Source: Zygnema circumcarinatum SAG 698-1b (Eukaryota; Plantae; Zygnematophyceae). From it: a DNA stretch of 64,000 nucleotides. The translations under genes were made by a program, and so were the position numbers. The stretch is taken from the NCBI GenBank assembly GCA_037447605.1, contig CM074814.1, positions 868,001 through 932,000 on the forward strand, in the 5' to 3' direction. Positions 48,748 through 63,700 of the stretch are shown piece by piece. Numbering within the stretch: the stretch's first letter is position 1; each line of letters opens with the position of its first letter. The notes beneath the pieces were generated by a model that saw only the letters and a program-made list of their open reading frames with translations, ran no database searches and was not told the DNA's origin.

Positions 48748-51700
48748 ATGGTGGCCATCGCGGGAGCTTCTCCTGCATTAGCAAGCCAGCTGGTGTCTGC
48801 AGGCACTTGCGCTGCCTCTGAGAATGGAAATCTGGCGTGCAACGTCGAAGTAAAATGCAGCGGCGTCTCGTCAGGGATCAGCAGGTCTGGGGAAAAGTCG
48901 AGATCTGTTAGTAGGCCAAAGTTTGTCACTGGGCAGCCTCTCTTGCTCGCTCGCAAGGGAAGAAAAGCCGCGGCGGGAGCAGCGGCTGGGCTGCAGGATA
49001 TGGCACCTCGAGCAGCTATTGCCACCGACGCTCCGTCGAAGGTGCTGGACACGTAACTCATTACGGGGTCAAGGCTGGTTTGTTCTTGTTGGAATTGGTG
49101 CTTGAATAATTTTGTTGAGCAGAGGTAGGGTTATTCCTAAAGCACTACTTGACGGTGCAAGTGATCTGAGTACTAGTAAAAGAACTGCAGGTTTTCTGCA
49201 CCCTATTGGGAATCGTAAGAAGATTTTTGGACCGATCTGACTCATTTTGAGATAGATTTGTTTTACATTGTCTTTAAGCGCAGGATTTCAACGACTGTAG
49301 TCCCTCATGCTCTCCTCTATTGGCCGATGTGGATTCATTCTGCATTGTTTCTCTTTCTGTTCAATTGGAAGGCCGTTGTAACTTTCGGCTGGAGCCATCC
49401 TACCCTGGATACATTAGCTGTGGATGACCAAACTATAGGGCCGAAATGATATGACAAAAGACATTCATGACTGTCTGACAATTCTGCTGACTTTGACTTG
49501 TGATGTTGCAGACTAACCTCTCTATATCGATCGACGGCAACCAGTTGGAGGTGAGTCGTATGGCCCCTTGTTGTTACGACGTTGCTTTCCACTTTCACCG
49601 CGGAAAAATGTTGGATGTGTTGAATTATCATTGTGAAGAGAAGGGTCTTTCTGCTTTTGTTTGAATAGGTATCAGCATCACATCTATAGATTCAACTCAG
49701 TTGCTGTGAATGAAACCCAACAATGGGCGTCGTTGACATTGTCTAGAGCTATGTTAAAGTCTGCTCTGAGTTCAAGAGATATAGCCTTTTGGAATAAAAA
49801 AGTGCAGTGCCTCGTTAACTTACAGTGGAACAACCGAATGCTACAATCTTGGCTTTTAGACAGGAAATTTGGGCCCCTTCTTTTTTCCCTCATTCTCAAA
49901 ATTAAGCTTTCAGAGCAGTGCTCTTTTGTGTCAGTTATGGTTGCGTGCCTTTCCTACAAAAGTGGCAAACGATGGGACTTGCAGTTTCAAGGGGGGCTTA
50001 AGCAACTGTCTAAAATTTATGCTCCGCTGCATTTTCCGAGCAGGTGTATGCGTCTGGCCAAACTGACGAGGAGAGAGCAAACATTTTGATACGAGTGAAG
50101 GATGGAGCTTTGGTTAACGCTCAGCTAATTGCTCATTGGGGTGCCACAAAACCGGGTGAAAAGTATGTGGATGATCTAGTTTCTGGAATAATGTAACTAT
50201 TGAGACATAGTTTCTGTATCCCTTCTGAATTTTGTTGTGGTCGGTGATAACTTATATCACGAGTGTGTTGCTCAGTCGGCACCTTGGATTTGGTTGCTAC
50301 TCTTTGGACTTGAAATTGCTCAACTAGTTTTGCAAGGTGGGTCTGACGATATTGGAACTCTGTTGTTATAGGAGCCGGGACTGAGTTGGAAAACAGTTAA
50401 AAACGTGTGTTTCTTACCAATGCGTGCAGGGGTTGGACACTTCCAGGACTCATTCCTGATGGTAGCAAGAACTACAAGAATCGTGCCCTACAATCTCCTT
50501 TTCGTAAGGTATGTTCGAGGACATGCCTCAGCTACCTTTTTGTTGGATCACATATGGTTGGGAAACGTCTCATGGGGTCGATAGATTGCAGCTGGAAGGT
50601 TTGATTGAGCCTTTCTCCAGTAGGTGTCTCAGTATAAAGGTTGGAAATGGAGGATTTTCTTGCCATTCTTAAAGTAAACAGGACATAGAACAAAGGCATC
50701 CACTAGCAGCTGAGAACTTTCCATTGAATGTTTGAAAACAAATTATGATCGCCAGTACAACAGCAGTGTGTAAATTCAGTTTGCAGTTTTTCAATCGGAG
50801 ATGTTGGAAGGCTGAACAATTGAGATAAATATTGTGATTTGGGGGCTGGCAGGAAGGTAATGCACTGGTTTTGAAGATAGAGGTGGAACCCAAATACGAT
50901 GCAATCGAGTTTACCCTCAAAGACGAAGCCACCAATAGCTGGTGAGCATTCATGCGCATTCTTGGTGTGTCCAGATAAGCTGTGACATATGCGTTATGGA
51001 CAGTTTTTAGTGGTTTTCCCTGATGACTCGTCAAAATTGGCAGCTGATCTGTGGTGAATTTTGCTACGTGCTCTCTCTCTTCTGAAAGGGTAATCAGAGT
51101 TTTAGTTTCCTTTGCGCATGTGGATGTCCATGTTCTTGTTCAGCAAGCTTTTATTTGCTGTCCATTTGATTCGTCTTGGCTACCAAGGCTTACTGAATTT
51201 TGGTTTCCTTTCAACATTGGACCGATGCTCATTCCCGCTTTCATTTCCTGCTTAACCGCAGGTTTAAGAACAAGGATGGCAACTTTCGAGTTGAGATTCC
51301 ACCTTCAACTGCCAAGTTGGATCCGACCAAGGTGGTCATTCCGACGGACCTCCTGAATATTCAAGCGTACTTGAACTGGGAAAGGAATGGGAAGCAGAAC
51401 TATTCACCAGAGCAGGAGAAGGTAGTATTCTCCCATTTGATATCGCACCCTTTGTAGAGAGGAAAAGATTGGGAGAATGCACGTCTCTCACTATTGCTGA
51501 TTCCTACCATTATGGTGACTGCGAATAGCTTGGAAGCCCTGAAGGTCCTTGTGGCTATTCTTGAAAGAAGAATAATCTTGAAAGAAGAATAAGCCCTTCA
51601 TGTTTCCATTCTTTAATTTCTGGAAATAATGCACTGTAACGAGGACTAATCCGAGATGGTATTCAACGTGCAGGAGGAATATGAGAAGTGCCGAGTGGAG

Positions 51701-54700
51701 CTTCAAACCATGGTTGCCTCGGGGCAGGCGACAATTGAGGAGCTTCGGCGGAAGTTGCTTGGGGGTGGTGGGGTAGAGGAGCCTGTCGAGGTGAATGGAA
51801 ATGCAGTCGTCGATACTACTCCAATTCCGGAGGATTTATTAGCAATCCAGTCATACATTCGATGGGAAAGGAACGGAAAGAAGAACTATTCCCCTGCAGA
51901 ACAGGAGGTAAATTCTCCCTCTGTTGCCAATAGTTGAAAGAAGCGCATATTCAAGCAAAGATAAAGGACAATTCCTGAAATTGGAGTTTTCACTTGAAAC
52001 TTCTAATTTGTCACACGCACGGATATCAGAAGCATTCCGGCAGATACAACATTGAGAAGGGCTTTTCTCGGGCAATTCCTGTCGATCTGTATGATAAAGT
52101 CTGAAGTACGAAAGCAGCATTGAACAAGATTTGGGCAGTTATCCTCAGGGAAAGCATCAAAACGTTCTATTGTAAAAGGGAAAAGGAGAAAATAGGGAAT
52201 CGTCGAAGGTATAATGGGCATAGCTCCCTAGCTTTCCATGAAATTAAACCTTGTTACAACCGTTTTCATAATCTATGAAATTATTGTTAAAAACAAAAGG
52301 TGGGCGCTTTGCTTCTATTGGTTCCCTTTTCGTGCCCGTTTTTTGTACCTTGCTTGCTTGCGAGACTCGATTTTTTCTGGTTTCACAGATCACTGGAGCT
52401 TTGTCTCAAAGTGTCTTTCGGTTGTTTCTCCTGCAGAATGAATATCAGGAGGCTAAGAAAGAACTTCAGAATGAGCTAAAGGATGGAACAACGATTGAAC
52501 AGCTGAGGAAGCGTTTAACGGGAGGAACTGGAGCTACAGCCCCTCCTCCTCCTCCACCCAGACAGGAAACGTCCTTCAAACCTGTTGGCCGCCAAGGTCG
52601 AGACTTGGATGCCCTTGTGAACAAGTTTGGCAAGGCAGCAGATGTTGAGGTACAGATGTCCTCACCTCGGGAACCTTCAGCACTTGAGGCTGCGACAGAC
52701 GCTTTGGAGCTTGCGGAGGAGGTTATTTCAAAGAAGTTCTATAAATTTGGTGAAAGCCAAGTACTTGTAAGTTTGCAACCTTTTAGACATATCCGTATTC
52801 TGATTTTCGTCTGTGTTAGGGAAGTCGAACTCCAAACAAAAAATGGAATACAGAACTTGGAAGCGAAGCTTGACAATGCATGGGGATACCCATGCATTTG
52901 CCCTTCGGAGCTAGAATGAATTGGCGGAAAAAAAGCAGCTTATTCTCGAACAGGCCCAAGATGAATAACGGATCATACTCTATTGCTTTTGAGAGCTCTA
53001 GGACAAGAATCAACCCCTTTCAGCTTTTTCTTGCGGCTTTACAGCTGTCCTTCACACAGCAGCTGTGTCAATGAGAATCACTAGCAAAAGTACTTGTCGC
53101 TTTGTCTCGTGACAAAGAACCCTCAAACGTACTCTCGGATTGAACAAATCACTGATCACTCACAGCTGTGTTGAACTCCTTACATGTCACTCGTTTGTTT
53201 CAGGTGCTGGTAACCCAAGCTGATGGACTCCCGAAGGTGTGCCTGGCAAGCTCAATCAAAGGCGACCTAACTGTCCATTGGGGTTTGGCGAAAGGCAAGG
53301 GTCAAGCATGGGAGGTTAGTCTTTCTACCAAGTCCCTTTGTAGGCATGACATACTATTTGCCATTTATGTTTTTACAGGCAGCTGTTGTGGTGCTGACGA
53401 AGCAACTCTCCCTGCATTCCAGCTCCTTTCATGTGCCTTAAATTTTAGGCAATTCCTGTTAACAGCGTGAAAAACTTTGAGGTGTAGAATAGACTGTATA
53501 GTTCGGCCAAGTTAGTCTGGAGCTTAGGGTTGAGGTGCTCCACGGAGCCCTGCGTAATCAGGTATAGCTGGTTTGTCTTTTATACCACGTATTGCTGCTG
53601 TAACGATAGATAGAGTTCGAGTGTTCCCTTGCGAGTGTTTATCGCAAGCCTTGAGGGGACAAAGTTAATGAACCCCCCTGCCTCCTGGTTTAGATGGTGC
53701 TAGATGGATACGTACGCAGTCTATTGAGATGTCAGTGAAGCTAGAGGAAACCCGTCTCTGATCCATGGGCGCAGCACATTTTCTCCATGACGAAGTTCCA
53801 AATCTGAGCGGTTGTGGGTTCGTTGGTGGCCAGAAAGTGCAACAAACTCCACTTGCGAGAGGATTTGGTGGCGATGACACTCTGCAGGTCCGTGAGGGTT
53901 GCTCAATGCCCATACTGCTTACCAAGTTGCCAGCAAGTTGTTGATATATAGAAGCCTAGGTTCCACTGGTATGGTTGTTTTTAAGTCTGACTTGATCGGG
54001 CAATGGCTGCTGAAATGCAGTTTTTGGAGTTACCTCTTGGTGAAGACGCGAAGAGCTACAAGGGCGTTTCATTTGTACTGAATTCAGGGGGTGACTGGTA
54101 TAAGGATATGGGAACGGACTTTTGGGCTGAAATACAGAAAGCTGAGTCAAAACCTACAAAGGTATCTTTCGACTCCATTCCTTTTGAGGTTTCCTATTTG
54201 GCTGCCAAATTTGTGAATGTTTTTTCATTGGGCAACTGGGTTGCTTTATTTACTGGTCTTCAATACTCTGAACCAGAGCAAGGCATGGTAGAAATACTGA
54301 GCAGTTGTTGTACATGTTTGGCTCAACTGAATGTTGAATTATGGGCTCCATCTTGATGACTTATAAAGAATTTGTACAGTAGTTTTCGTTTGCTGTTGGC
54401 TTTCTGCTTTTGCGTTTTTATCTTAGCAAAACGTGCGTGAGCCTACTGTGCTATTTGTTCACAGTCGTGTTCCAAAGCGGTGCTGCTGTTAGTACTGCCT
54501 TAAGTGAAATGTGCCTCCAGAACCAACTCTTTCAAAGACTTCTTAAAGTGCCGCATGCTATTACAAAGCTTTGTAAGTCAAAAACTTGTGTCAATTGCAG
54601 CTATTCGTGCTTGTTTGTGCGAGAGACGTCTACTTAAAAGGACTGAAGTCTCTTGTGCACAGTTGAGAATGGCGGCCCTGCAGTTCTGAGTTGTTTGTGA

Positions 54701-57700
54701 AACGGTGGTTACAGGACGTCGGCGATGGGTCAGGCACTGCAAAGGCGCTGCTGGATGAGATAGCAGATCAGGAGACAGAGGCTCAGCGCTCCCTAATGCA
54801 CAGGTATGTGGATAAAATGGAGAGGCAACTTGTCTGCTTCTGAAAATGTATGCGGTGTTACTTTTCTATGAACACTGGGCGTATCCCGTTTCTGTCGTTT
54901 CGGCTCTCTTTTCACATTGGGGTTTGGCCCCAACCTTCTCTGAAAGGGTCGTAGCTGTTGGATATGTGAGGACTACTTTTCAATCTGCAGCCCTTCAACC
55001 CATTGTCCTAGTTTTGGAGAGAGGTCTCCCTATTTCGCTCTTGCAGGGCAGGATGCAGCATTGTAAGCCTGGTACACTGTAAGGCTGTAAGGATGAATTG
55101 TGAAGTAGGAATCTTGATTTCATTCTAGCTATAGTCAGAACGTTTTTTTTTTGAAAGCTTGCATTTATGCTCAATCGATGCTTCATCCGGCATGAGTATC
55201 TCTAGATGTACGGGTAAACGCAAAGCTGTTCTTTGTTGATCAGCTACGCAGTTGGAAGTTGGAATCTAAAGCACTATTAGGGTGAGCTGATTCGATTTGT
55301 TTGAATGCATGCAGATTCAATATTGGTGCAGGCATTGTGGAATCTGCTGCCCGGCAGGGTGAATTGGGCATGGCTGCTGTACTTGTTTGGTTCCGTTACA
55401 TGGCTACAAGACAGCTTATTTGGAACAAGAATTACAATGTTAAGCCGCGGTATGTCTGCTGCCTTAAAAATTATCTCCACTAGTATTTATGCCAAAATGT
55501 TTGCAACGCCTTACGCTGAGAGCCCACGCTCATGTTCTGGTTTCCCGTACTTTAAAACATGCGAAGGAATGGAAATCTAAGCATCTCTACTGCAGGCGAT
55601 AATGTTGCCAACTTGCGATAACTTGCTCGAATTCGTTTAACGTTTGTTGATTGCGTCATTGAGGCTGCAGTGAAATCAGCGCCGCCCAGGACAGGATGAC
55701 AGATAACTTGAAACGTGTCTATCAAGAGCAACCAGAACTTAGGGAGTTGGTACGCATGGTTATGATGACTGTTGGCCGCGGAGGAGAAGGCGATGTCGGA
55801 CAAAGAATTCGTGATGAGATTCTTGTTATCCAGGTAGCGTTGCTGCTCACTTTCTTAGTCAATTTTGTCACACCCACTCGTTTGTGACAAGGAGGCCTCG
55901 CGTAAGGAACATAGCTGGATGGACTCAAGTTTACGAGAACACAAAGATGATTGAAATTAAGCTCACGTTGGATTTTCAGAAAATGTGCTACTGAGTTGTG
56001 CAAAACAAGAGTAGGGCATATGATGACAACTCTGCTGACACGAGATGTATGCCTTAACTTTTCACTGGGGAATTCTTGGTTGATGCAGAGAGCAAACGAT
56101 TGCAAAGGTGGCATGATGGAGGAATGGCATCAAAAGTTGCACAATAATACAAGTCCTGATGACGTTGTCATTTGCCAGGTGCTCTTTCAATCACCGAAAC
56201 TTTGTTTGCATACAATACCTCATTGCGAAGATAGTGAATTGCTCAGATTGTTGCATGTAACACAAACTTCCCCAGAAGTAGCTCTGAATGAGAGAAGGGT
56301 TGCCAGGCAGTTGAAACGAGTTTATCCTAGGTTGCTTACTTGGTTTATGTAATTCTCAAAAGCACCATTGTACGTAGGCCTCTGAGATGTAATGACTCCT
56401 GCAGAAGTCTAATCTTGGATATTACTCTGCAGGCATTATTAGACCACATTAGCTCCAACTTTGACATGGATGTCTACTGGAAGACGTTGAATTCAAACGG
56501 TGTGTCTCGTGAACGGCTAAGAAGTTACGACAGGCCAATTGTGTCAGAACCAAAGTTCAGGGCAGACCAGAAGGACGGCTTGCTCAGAGACCTCCGCAAT
56601 TATATGAAGTCCCTCAAAGTGAGTGATGTATTCGCTGAGCACGTTTTGTAGATAAATTCTCTAAGAAGGAACTAACGCTCATGCCTAAGTCTCAAAGAGG
56701 GAACTCCCTACGTGAAATATCACCTGTAGTTTTCTAAACGAAGTTGCGGCCTGTGTCAGGCAGTTTCCTGAAAAACTCATTAAGATAAGTTTGACGATAA
56801 GACATTCACTAGGCCGGCACAGCCTTTCGACAGAAAAGGTTTGATTGTTTAGTGTTTTTGCTCTTAGTATGTACTCTTAATCACTGAGTGAAAAGTGGTC
56901 ACTATTGCCAGCCTATCAACATATTGCCTTTCTGTTCTGCAGGCTGTGCATTCCGGAGCTGATTTAGAGTCAGCAATTTCCACATGCATGGGCTATCAGC
57001 AGGGCGCGACAGAGGTGGGCTCTCTATTCAGTAATCGCTTTTTCTCTGAGATTACGCATCCTCCAACTTTTGTAGCCTCTGGGCCGATGTCTGGTTGCTG
57101 AGCATCTGCAGTGGTGATTGCACAGTTGAACCACTCAACATCATTTAATATTGGCAGGGGCTGAAGCCAGCAAATAGAAAGTCCTGAGTTTGAAGAATTT
57201 AATGCTGTCAGGATCATTTCATATCCGAAATCCCGGTATCCCTGTACCTATCATGTTTTTCCGGGATGCAATTCCTTCCAACTGTTTCAACAGAGAAAGT
57301 TTGATGCACACGCTTGTTAAGTCATTGCCATGCAGTTCTTCAAGACATGGCTAGCTAACAAGACTAACGCGCTCAACTGTTCATGCTGCCCATTCCCAAA
57401 CAGAGCTTTATGAAGGCTGTGAATATCCATCCTATTGGAGGTCTTTCCAATAACTTGCCTGTAAGTGGTCTCATCTAAAAAAAAAATCATCAATGCCTGG
57501 ATGATCATTTGGATTGCGGCGATTTTGTCCTCGGTTTGCCAACTGTTCAGCTATGAGGCTATTTTACGGTGTACTTGTACTGAAGAGGGAGGCAGTTTAG
57601 AAGCTTATCACGTTTTCCTTCCGAGTAGACCCATCCAGTCTAATGATTGTCCTCCTGGTGTGCAGGGCTTACTGCAATTCGTTTTGGAACATGTGGAGGA

Positions 57701-60700
57701 CAGGAGAGTGATTCCGCTGGTGGAGGTGAGTTTATTGACAGAATGCTTCCCCAATTCTCAACCTCTCGCGTGTGCTTACAGACCAATTTCCGATCCTATT
57801 TCTGCAATTTCTTGCTGATTGACTCACTTCGCTGCTCCAATTCATTCTCCTCTAGAATTAATCTACTGTTTTCAGAGGACCTTCTGGACCTTCTGATGTG
57901 CTCGTAACGGACGCTTTCTCCAGTACGTTTGATTGCGGTCCTTCGTAATTGTTGCTGTGTCTTATGGCCAAGTCTATCCACCCACATTCAAGAATTGATC
58001 CTATCATATTCAAGAGTTGATCCTCCATTGCATTGGAACATTCTATGGGCAGGGCTTACTGGAAGCTCGCCATGAAGTGCGACCAACTCTGCTAAGACCG
58101 CATGACCGCTTGAAGGACATCATCTTTTTGGATTTGGCTTTAGACAGCACTGTGCGCACTGCTGTTGAGCGAGGAATGGAGTATCTCGACGGAAATAACC
58201 CAGCGGTAAGTTTCATATTTTCATTATAATGGGGACTACGAGGGTGTATTTTTAGGAGCCGATGCACTAACGTTCACTGGGTTCACAACTGATGGTGTAA
58301 GGCCGTAGTAACTGAAGTACTATTTATCTGTAAAGCTTTTTTGTAGAAAGTGATCTGTGCCCAGCAGAAGTAAGTGGCCTACCGAGTGATTGTTGTGAAC
58401 TTCGCATGGATAATTACCAGTGTACATGCTCCTAGTTGATCGCCACTGTTATCCAGTTTCACCTTATTGATTTTTGCTGCAAGTATGGGAAAACAGGAAA
58501 TTATGTACTTGGTGAGCCTTGTTACGGAGAATCTCTGCCTGTCCAGTGACATCAATGAGGAGTTGGTATACTGTTTGAAGGTACGTAACGTTGCCATTAA
58601 AAAAGCAGAAAAGGCTGATGAAGTGATGATATACTCGTTATGTTGGAATTTTGTTGAAGTGTTAGCTTCTGATGGTTCTTGTGTCCTGTTCTTCGTTCTG
58701 TCCTTAAAAATGTACCCATGGACAGAGGAGTGGCTGAAGTTTGAATACCTGTTTAAGGACAATTTTCCTGTCCATCCATTGTTTGGTTGTCTGCCATGAA
58801 AACATGAAACCAGGGTTTGACTTTATTTTGGGTATTGCAGGGATGGCGGAATGTAACAGAGGCGTGCCGTAAGGGGGAGCCTAATTGGGCACTGCGAGCG
58901 AAATCTGTTGCAGATCGGACATATTTGGCGCTGGCTGATAAGGCTGAGCATTGGCAGAACGTCTTGCAGCCCTCTGCCAGATACTTGGGTGGCAAACTTA
59001 ATGTGGATGAGTGGGCTGTAAGTGTCTTCCTATAGCATTTCCTCCTGTTTGCTTAAGTCTGCAGCTTATTGCAGTATATCCACAGGATGATCTGTCCTTC
59101 CGGATCTGGTAATCCTGCCTTTTTTCTCCGAAAAATAGGAGGAATAAAGTCCTTGAGATGCTGTGTTGCTTACAATTGGTGCTGAAGCTCAAAACAAGTT
59201 AATTTGTCAGCATTCTTGAGTGTTCCTCCTTGAAACGGGCCACTAGGAATTCATGTTGGTATAGACACATGAGTGCAGACGAATCTCCATTTTGAAAATA
59301 TCTTCTGTGTTTGTGCTGAAGGTGATAGAACCTGGCCTTGCCCTGGTTGGTAGGCCTTACAAAGGAAGGGCTTGTGTGCATTGCAGGTCGAGATTTTCAC
59401 AGAGGAGATGATCCGGGCAGGTTCTGCTGCCTCCCTTTCCCTCCTCCTCAATCGCTTGGATCCAGTTCTCAGAAAAGCAGCGGATATGGGAAGGTAACTT
59501 GGCACAAATCCCATGCTTTTACCACATTTTTAATGGCTGTTGAAAGATATTCCACTCACGAGGTGACAGTTGAATAATTACATCTGAGTGATCAACATCG
59601 TCACGGTATTGACAGAGCTATATCATGACGAGGTTCTCAGACTCTTGCCCGGGCAAAAAAACTGAAGTTCTTCTTCGGGTGCATTGTTAATATGGTGTAA
59701 CTTACATGCTTTGGAAAGAGGACAGCCTCTAAGGCATAATCTGCCACTGGCTCTCAACTTCAAGCGCTAACGGGGTGCCGATTCCGCAGTGTAAATGCAC
59801 CGGCGTTTATCGCATAGCATGCTTTCCTTAGCATGCAAGTGCGTACATTTGTTTCCGATTTTGATATCTCACTTGAAGACTTTGGTACTTTGTCTCAAAA
59901 AAACATAGCATGTAATTAGAGGAACTAACTTCTCACACCTGTGCCTGGTGTGCAGCTGGCAAGTGATCAGTCCTGTCGATGTGAAGGGCTTCGTGGAAGT
60001 TGTGGATGACTTAGGACCCGTGCAAGACAAGGTCTATTCCCGCCCCACCATCTTGGTGGCTGGACGAGTTAGGGGTGAGGAGGAGATTCCTGATGGAGCA
60101 GTGGCTGTGCTTACACCGGACATGCCGGACATATTGTCACATGTGTCAGTGCGTGCTCGCAACAGCAAGGTGAAATCAGTACTTCACTTGGGATCCTGTA
60201 ATTGTGAGAATGACTGGTCTTGCCCAGCAGACAGACTTAAAAACATACCAGTTGAGAGTTAGCATGAACTTAGAAGGTGAGCAAAACCACGTTTTATAAG
60301 GTGAGCATGGCCACATTGTTGGAGCCTCCAGAGCTTTGAGGGCGTGTATACGTCAACAGCCTCTGTCTAACTCTTCGGGCAGTATTGGCCATAATTTTGT
60401 TGAGGTCATCCACGTTTCTAACGAATAGAGGCATGATGTTAGCAGACACTTAAAAACCCAAGCAGTAGGTGTGTTAGTTGTAGTCTAAATTTGACGAAGT
60501 TGTTGATGTTGATTCAATATCTCTTGCAGATTTGTTTCGCGACATGCTTCGACAGTAAGGTGTTGGATGACCTTCGTTCGAAGGATAAAATGGCCTTGTC
60601 TCTGACTCATTCCCTAAATGAGCTCAAATACACGTAAGACATCACACTTTTTAAATGACATGCCATAATTGATGATGCCATTCTTTTAACCATAGAGCAT

Positions 60701-63700
60701 GATGATTTCTGAGTTCTGCATGAAAGTTGGATTTATACCGCTTAGTATTTGCACGAATGATCATATATCATAAAGCCGCAGGGCTATTATGTTTTCACGA
60801 TTTTAGTCTCCGGATTTTAGTGGAGATTGGGGGTGCTTGTTTGGTACTCTGGGTCCTGATTGAATGCTTTCTTAGTGGCAAGGCTCTGCTGAGAAATGTA
60901 AGGGCGCATCTACCTGTTCGGAGGGTCCTTCCTTTTAGTTCCTTTTAGAAACTGCACGTACGAATGATGCGAGGAGATTGGTTAACCGCACTTCTAGATG
61001 CTAGTGAACATCGCCTAATTAGCGCCCCTGCTATGGCTTGATTATTATAATGTTGTGGACAGTTAATTTCAAGCCTGGCTGTAAAGAACGTGAACTTAAT
61101 AATGAGGTTATTTGTTCTCTGCTTATGGGGCTCTTGAACCATGGAATTTTCTTGGCTATACAGTGAGATTTCCGAAAGTCAAGTTTCAAGTGCGGCATCC
61201 GGGGAAGAGGAATTTGTACCTGAAGGAATGAAAATTGCGAAGAAGCAGTTTGCGGGCAGGTTTGCAATTCGAGCCGATGAATTCACTCCGGAGTTGGTGA
61301 GTTCACTTATCTGCACCTTGGACAGCCCGCCACCCAAATATGTTTTAATTAATTCGGTACTTGGAAGATTTGTCGTCTAAAAGACCTGCCGTCGACCGCA
61401 AATCATATTCTCCAGGTCAAGGAAATCACACATAATTGGCTTTTCTTTTTCATTAAAATACAATCGTATGTGAGGATTTTGTGTGGGGTTCGCACTGATT
61501 CTGATCTTTGCTTTCCACTTCTAGGTGGGAGCCAAATCACGAAACATTGCTGGGTTAAGAGGCAAATTGCCTGCGTGGGTCAACCTGCCAACTTCCGTGG
61601 CCCTTCCCTTTGGTTCATTTGAGAAAGTCCTAGAAGACCCATTGAACAAGGTACGCATGCTGCTCGAATGCATTTCCTTATCTTAAACTCAAATTGACCC
61701 TCATCGGCCCAGGGTATCCTTCTTAACTACCAATAAACCTTTCTATTCAGATTATATTCCCGTTTCTGACTCCAGAGTGTGGCTGCTCTGTTCATTTTTG
61801 GTTTTGGGACGGATCAGGATGTGGCAAGTGAAGTGAATGCTTTAAGTGAATCTCTGGCAAAGGGAGAATTCAACTTGCTTCCCCAGATCAGGGAAGCTGT
61901 TATGAAGCTTCAGCCACCACCCAAATTGGTAAGAACATTCGCTGCGCAAAAAGAATCCCAAACCCGGTGTGTAGATTGATCAAAGACAAGATGTTTATGA
62001 ACAGTTCTTCCTCACATTCTTGGTTTTGGACTGCCCGAAAGCAGGTGACGTCGTCGTCCTCGTCTATTATCCTTGTCTTTCACTCAGTTGTATATGGTCT
62101 ACCATTTCACTTTGCTTTAAATGCTTCACAAGACCTTGTATGTATAGATCATAGAGAGAGAACATTATTTATCGAGTTTCAAGTTGCCATCAAGCGAATC
62201 CTATTTTTAGTGCTGGGCCTCTCCCATGACTAAGTCGAGACGAAATCGAAAAGTAAGGAAATGCGCGCTAGAAGTGCACAGGATATGGTTTTCAGAACGA
62301 TATGTATAAAGCCTTCATTGATTGGCGAGCCTGATAATTCTCCGCTTTTGTTGTTTGCTCAGTTTTGTCGATCAGAATCGTTATCCTCTCCCTCGTTTCC
62401 CTCCGTTCAATCGTCTTTTTCTCTGTGTACAGGAAAAGGATCACCTGGTACATGCCATCAGCAACTCTGGCAATCAAACACTGATCTGAAAACTTCTCTT
62501 TCTGTACATGTGCAGATAGAGGAGCTGAAATCAGCCATGAAGGACTCAAATATGCCCTGGCCTGGCGATGAGAGTGAGGAGCGATGGCAGCAGGCCTGGA
62601 AAGCAATTACAAAGGTAAGGCCAACCCTTGCAGAACCTTGTTCATGCGGTATGTAAAGGCGAGCATTCAGACTCCAAGCTCAGCTTGTTACTAGTGCTGT
62701 TCCTGGCTGAGCCTACCTCAAAGAGCAGATCAAGCTTGCTGGTTTTTGGTTTTGCTCTTTTGGAGAGACAAGAAATTTAGCAATCAGCGGTCAGTGACGG
62801 TATTGCATTGTTTTTTTCTTCTTCGTCCTGCTGCAGAAAGTTTTGTCGCTCGTGCTTGTTACTGGTACAATTGTCACGTGTTGTTTTCAGCTGCTTTAGT
62901 CCATTGGATATGCTCTGTTTACCTGCAGGCATACTTTTTTTGTCTTTCTATCGATAACCAGTTCTGAGTTCTGTTTGCTGGCGGTTGTGCAGGTCTGGGC
63001 ATCGAAATGGAATGAACGAGCCTATTTCAGCACACGTAAGGTCAAGTTGAACCATGCAGATCTATGCATGGCCGTATTGGTTCAGGAGGTTATCCAAGCT
63101 GACTACGCCTTTGTCATCCACACTACCAACCCGTCAACAGAAGACAGCACTGAGATCTATGCTGAGGTAAGTGGTGGTGATGTTGCTACAGCATTCTTGT
63201 AAAGTACAAGATGTTTAAATGGAAAAAGAGGCTTGGCATCTGGCTGGTAGACAAAGCCCCAGATCAGTGCGTGTTATAATCTGAATGTCTTTTTCTGCAT
63301 TTGCAGGCGGTTAAAGGGCTTGGTGAGACTTTAGTGGGCGCATTTTCTGGTCGAGCCCTCAGCTTCAGCGCTAAGAAGAACGCCCTTGACTCTCCGAAGG
63401 TGTGCATTGGTCTCGGCCCTTGAAACTTCTTCTTTGGTTGTAGACTGCCACCTTGGTGGCTCTGCAATGAGACAAGACATCAAGATGCAGTGTGTGTGCA
63501 AAGTGCCGCATAGTCTTGAAATGACGAACGCAGGTTGACGCTTGGACTTTCAGTTCTAATAAAGAGCACGTTTTGCAGGTCTTGGGCTTCCCCAGCAAAC
63601 GCATTGGACTCTTCATCAAGCAGTCTATTATTTTCCGTTCAGATTCGAATGGAGAAGACTTGGAAGGCTATGCCGGAGCTGGACTGTATGACAGGTCAGT

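Noticed and set aside
51300-51910. Duplicated IP.DL..IQ.Y..WERNGK.NY segment in GWD
   Set aside because: To my knowledge this internal repeat is a normal feature of GWD1.
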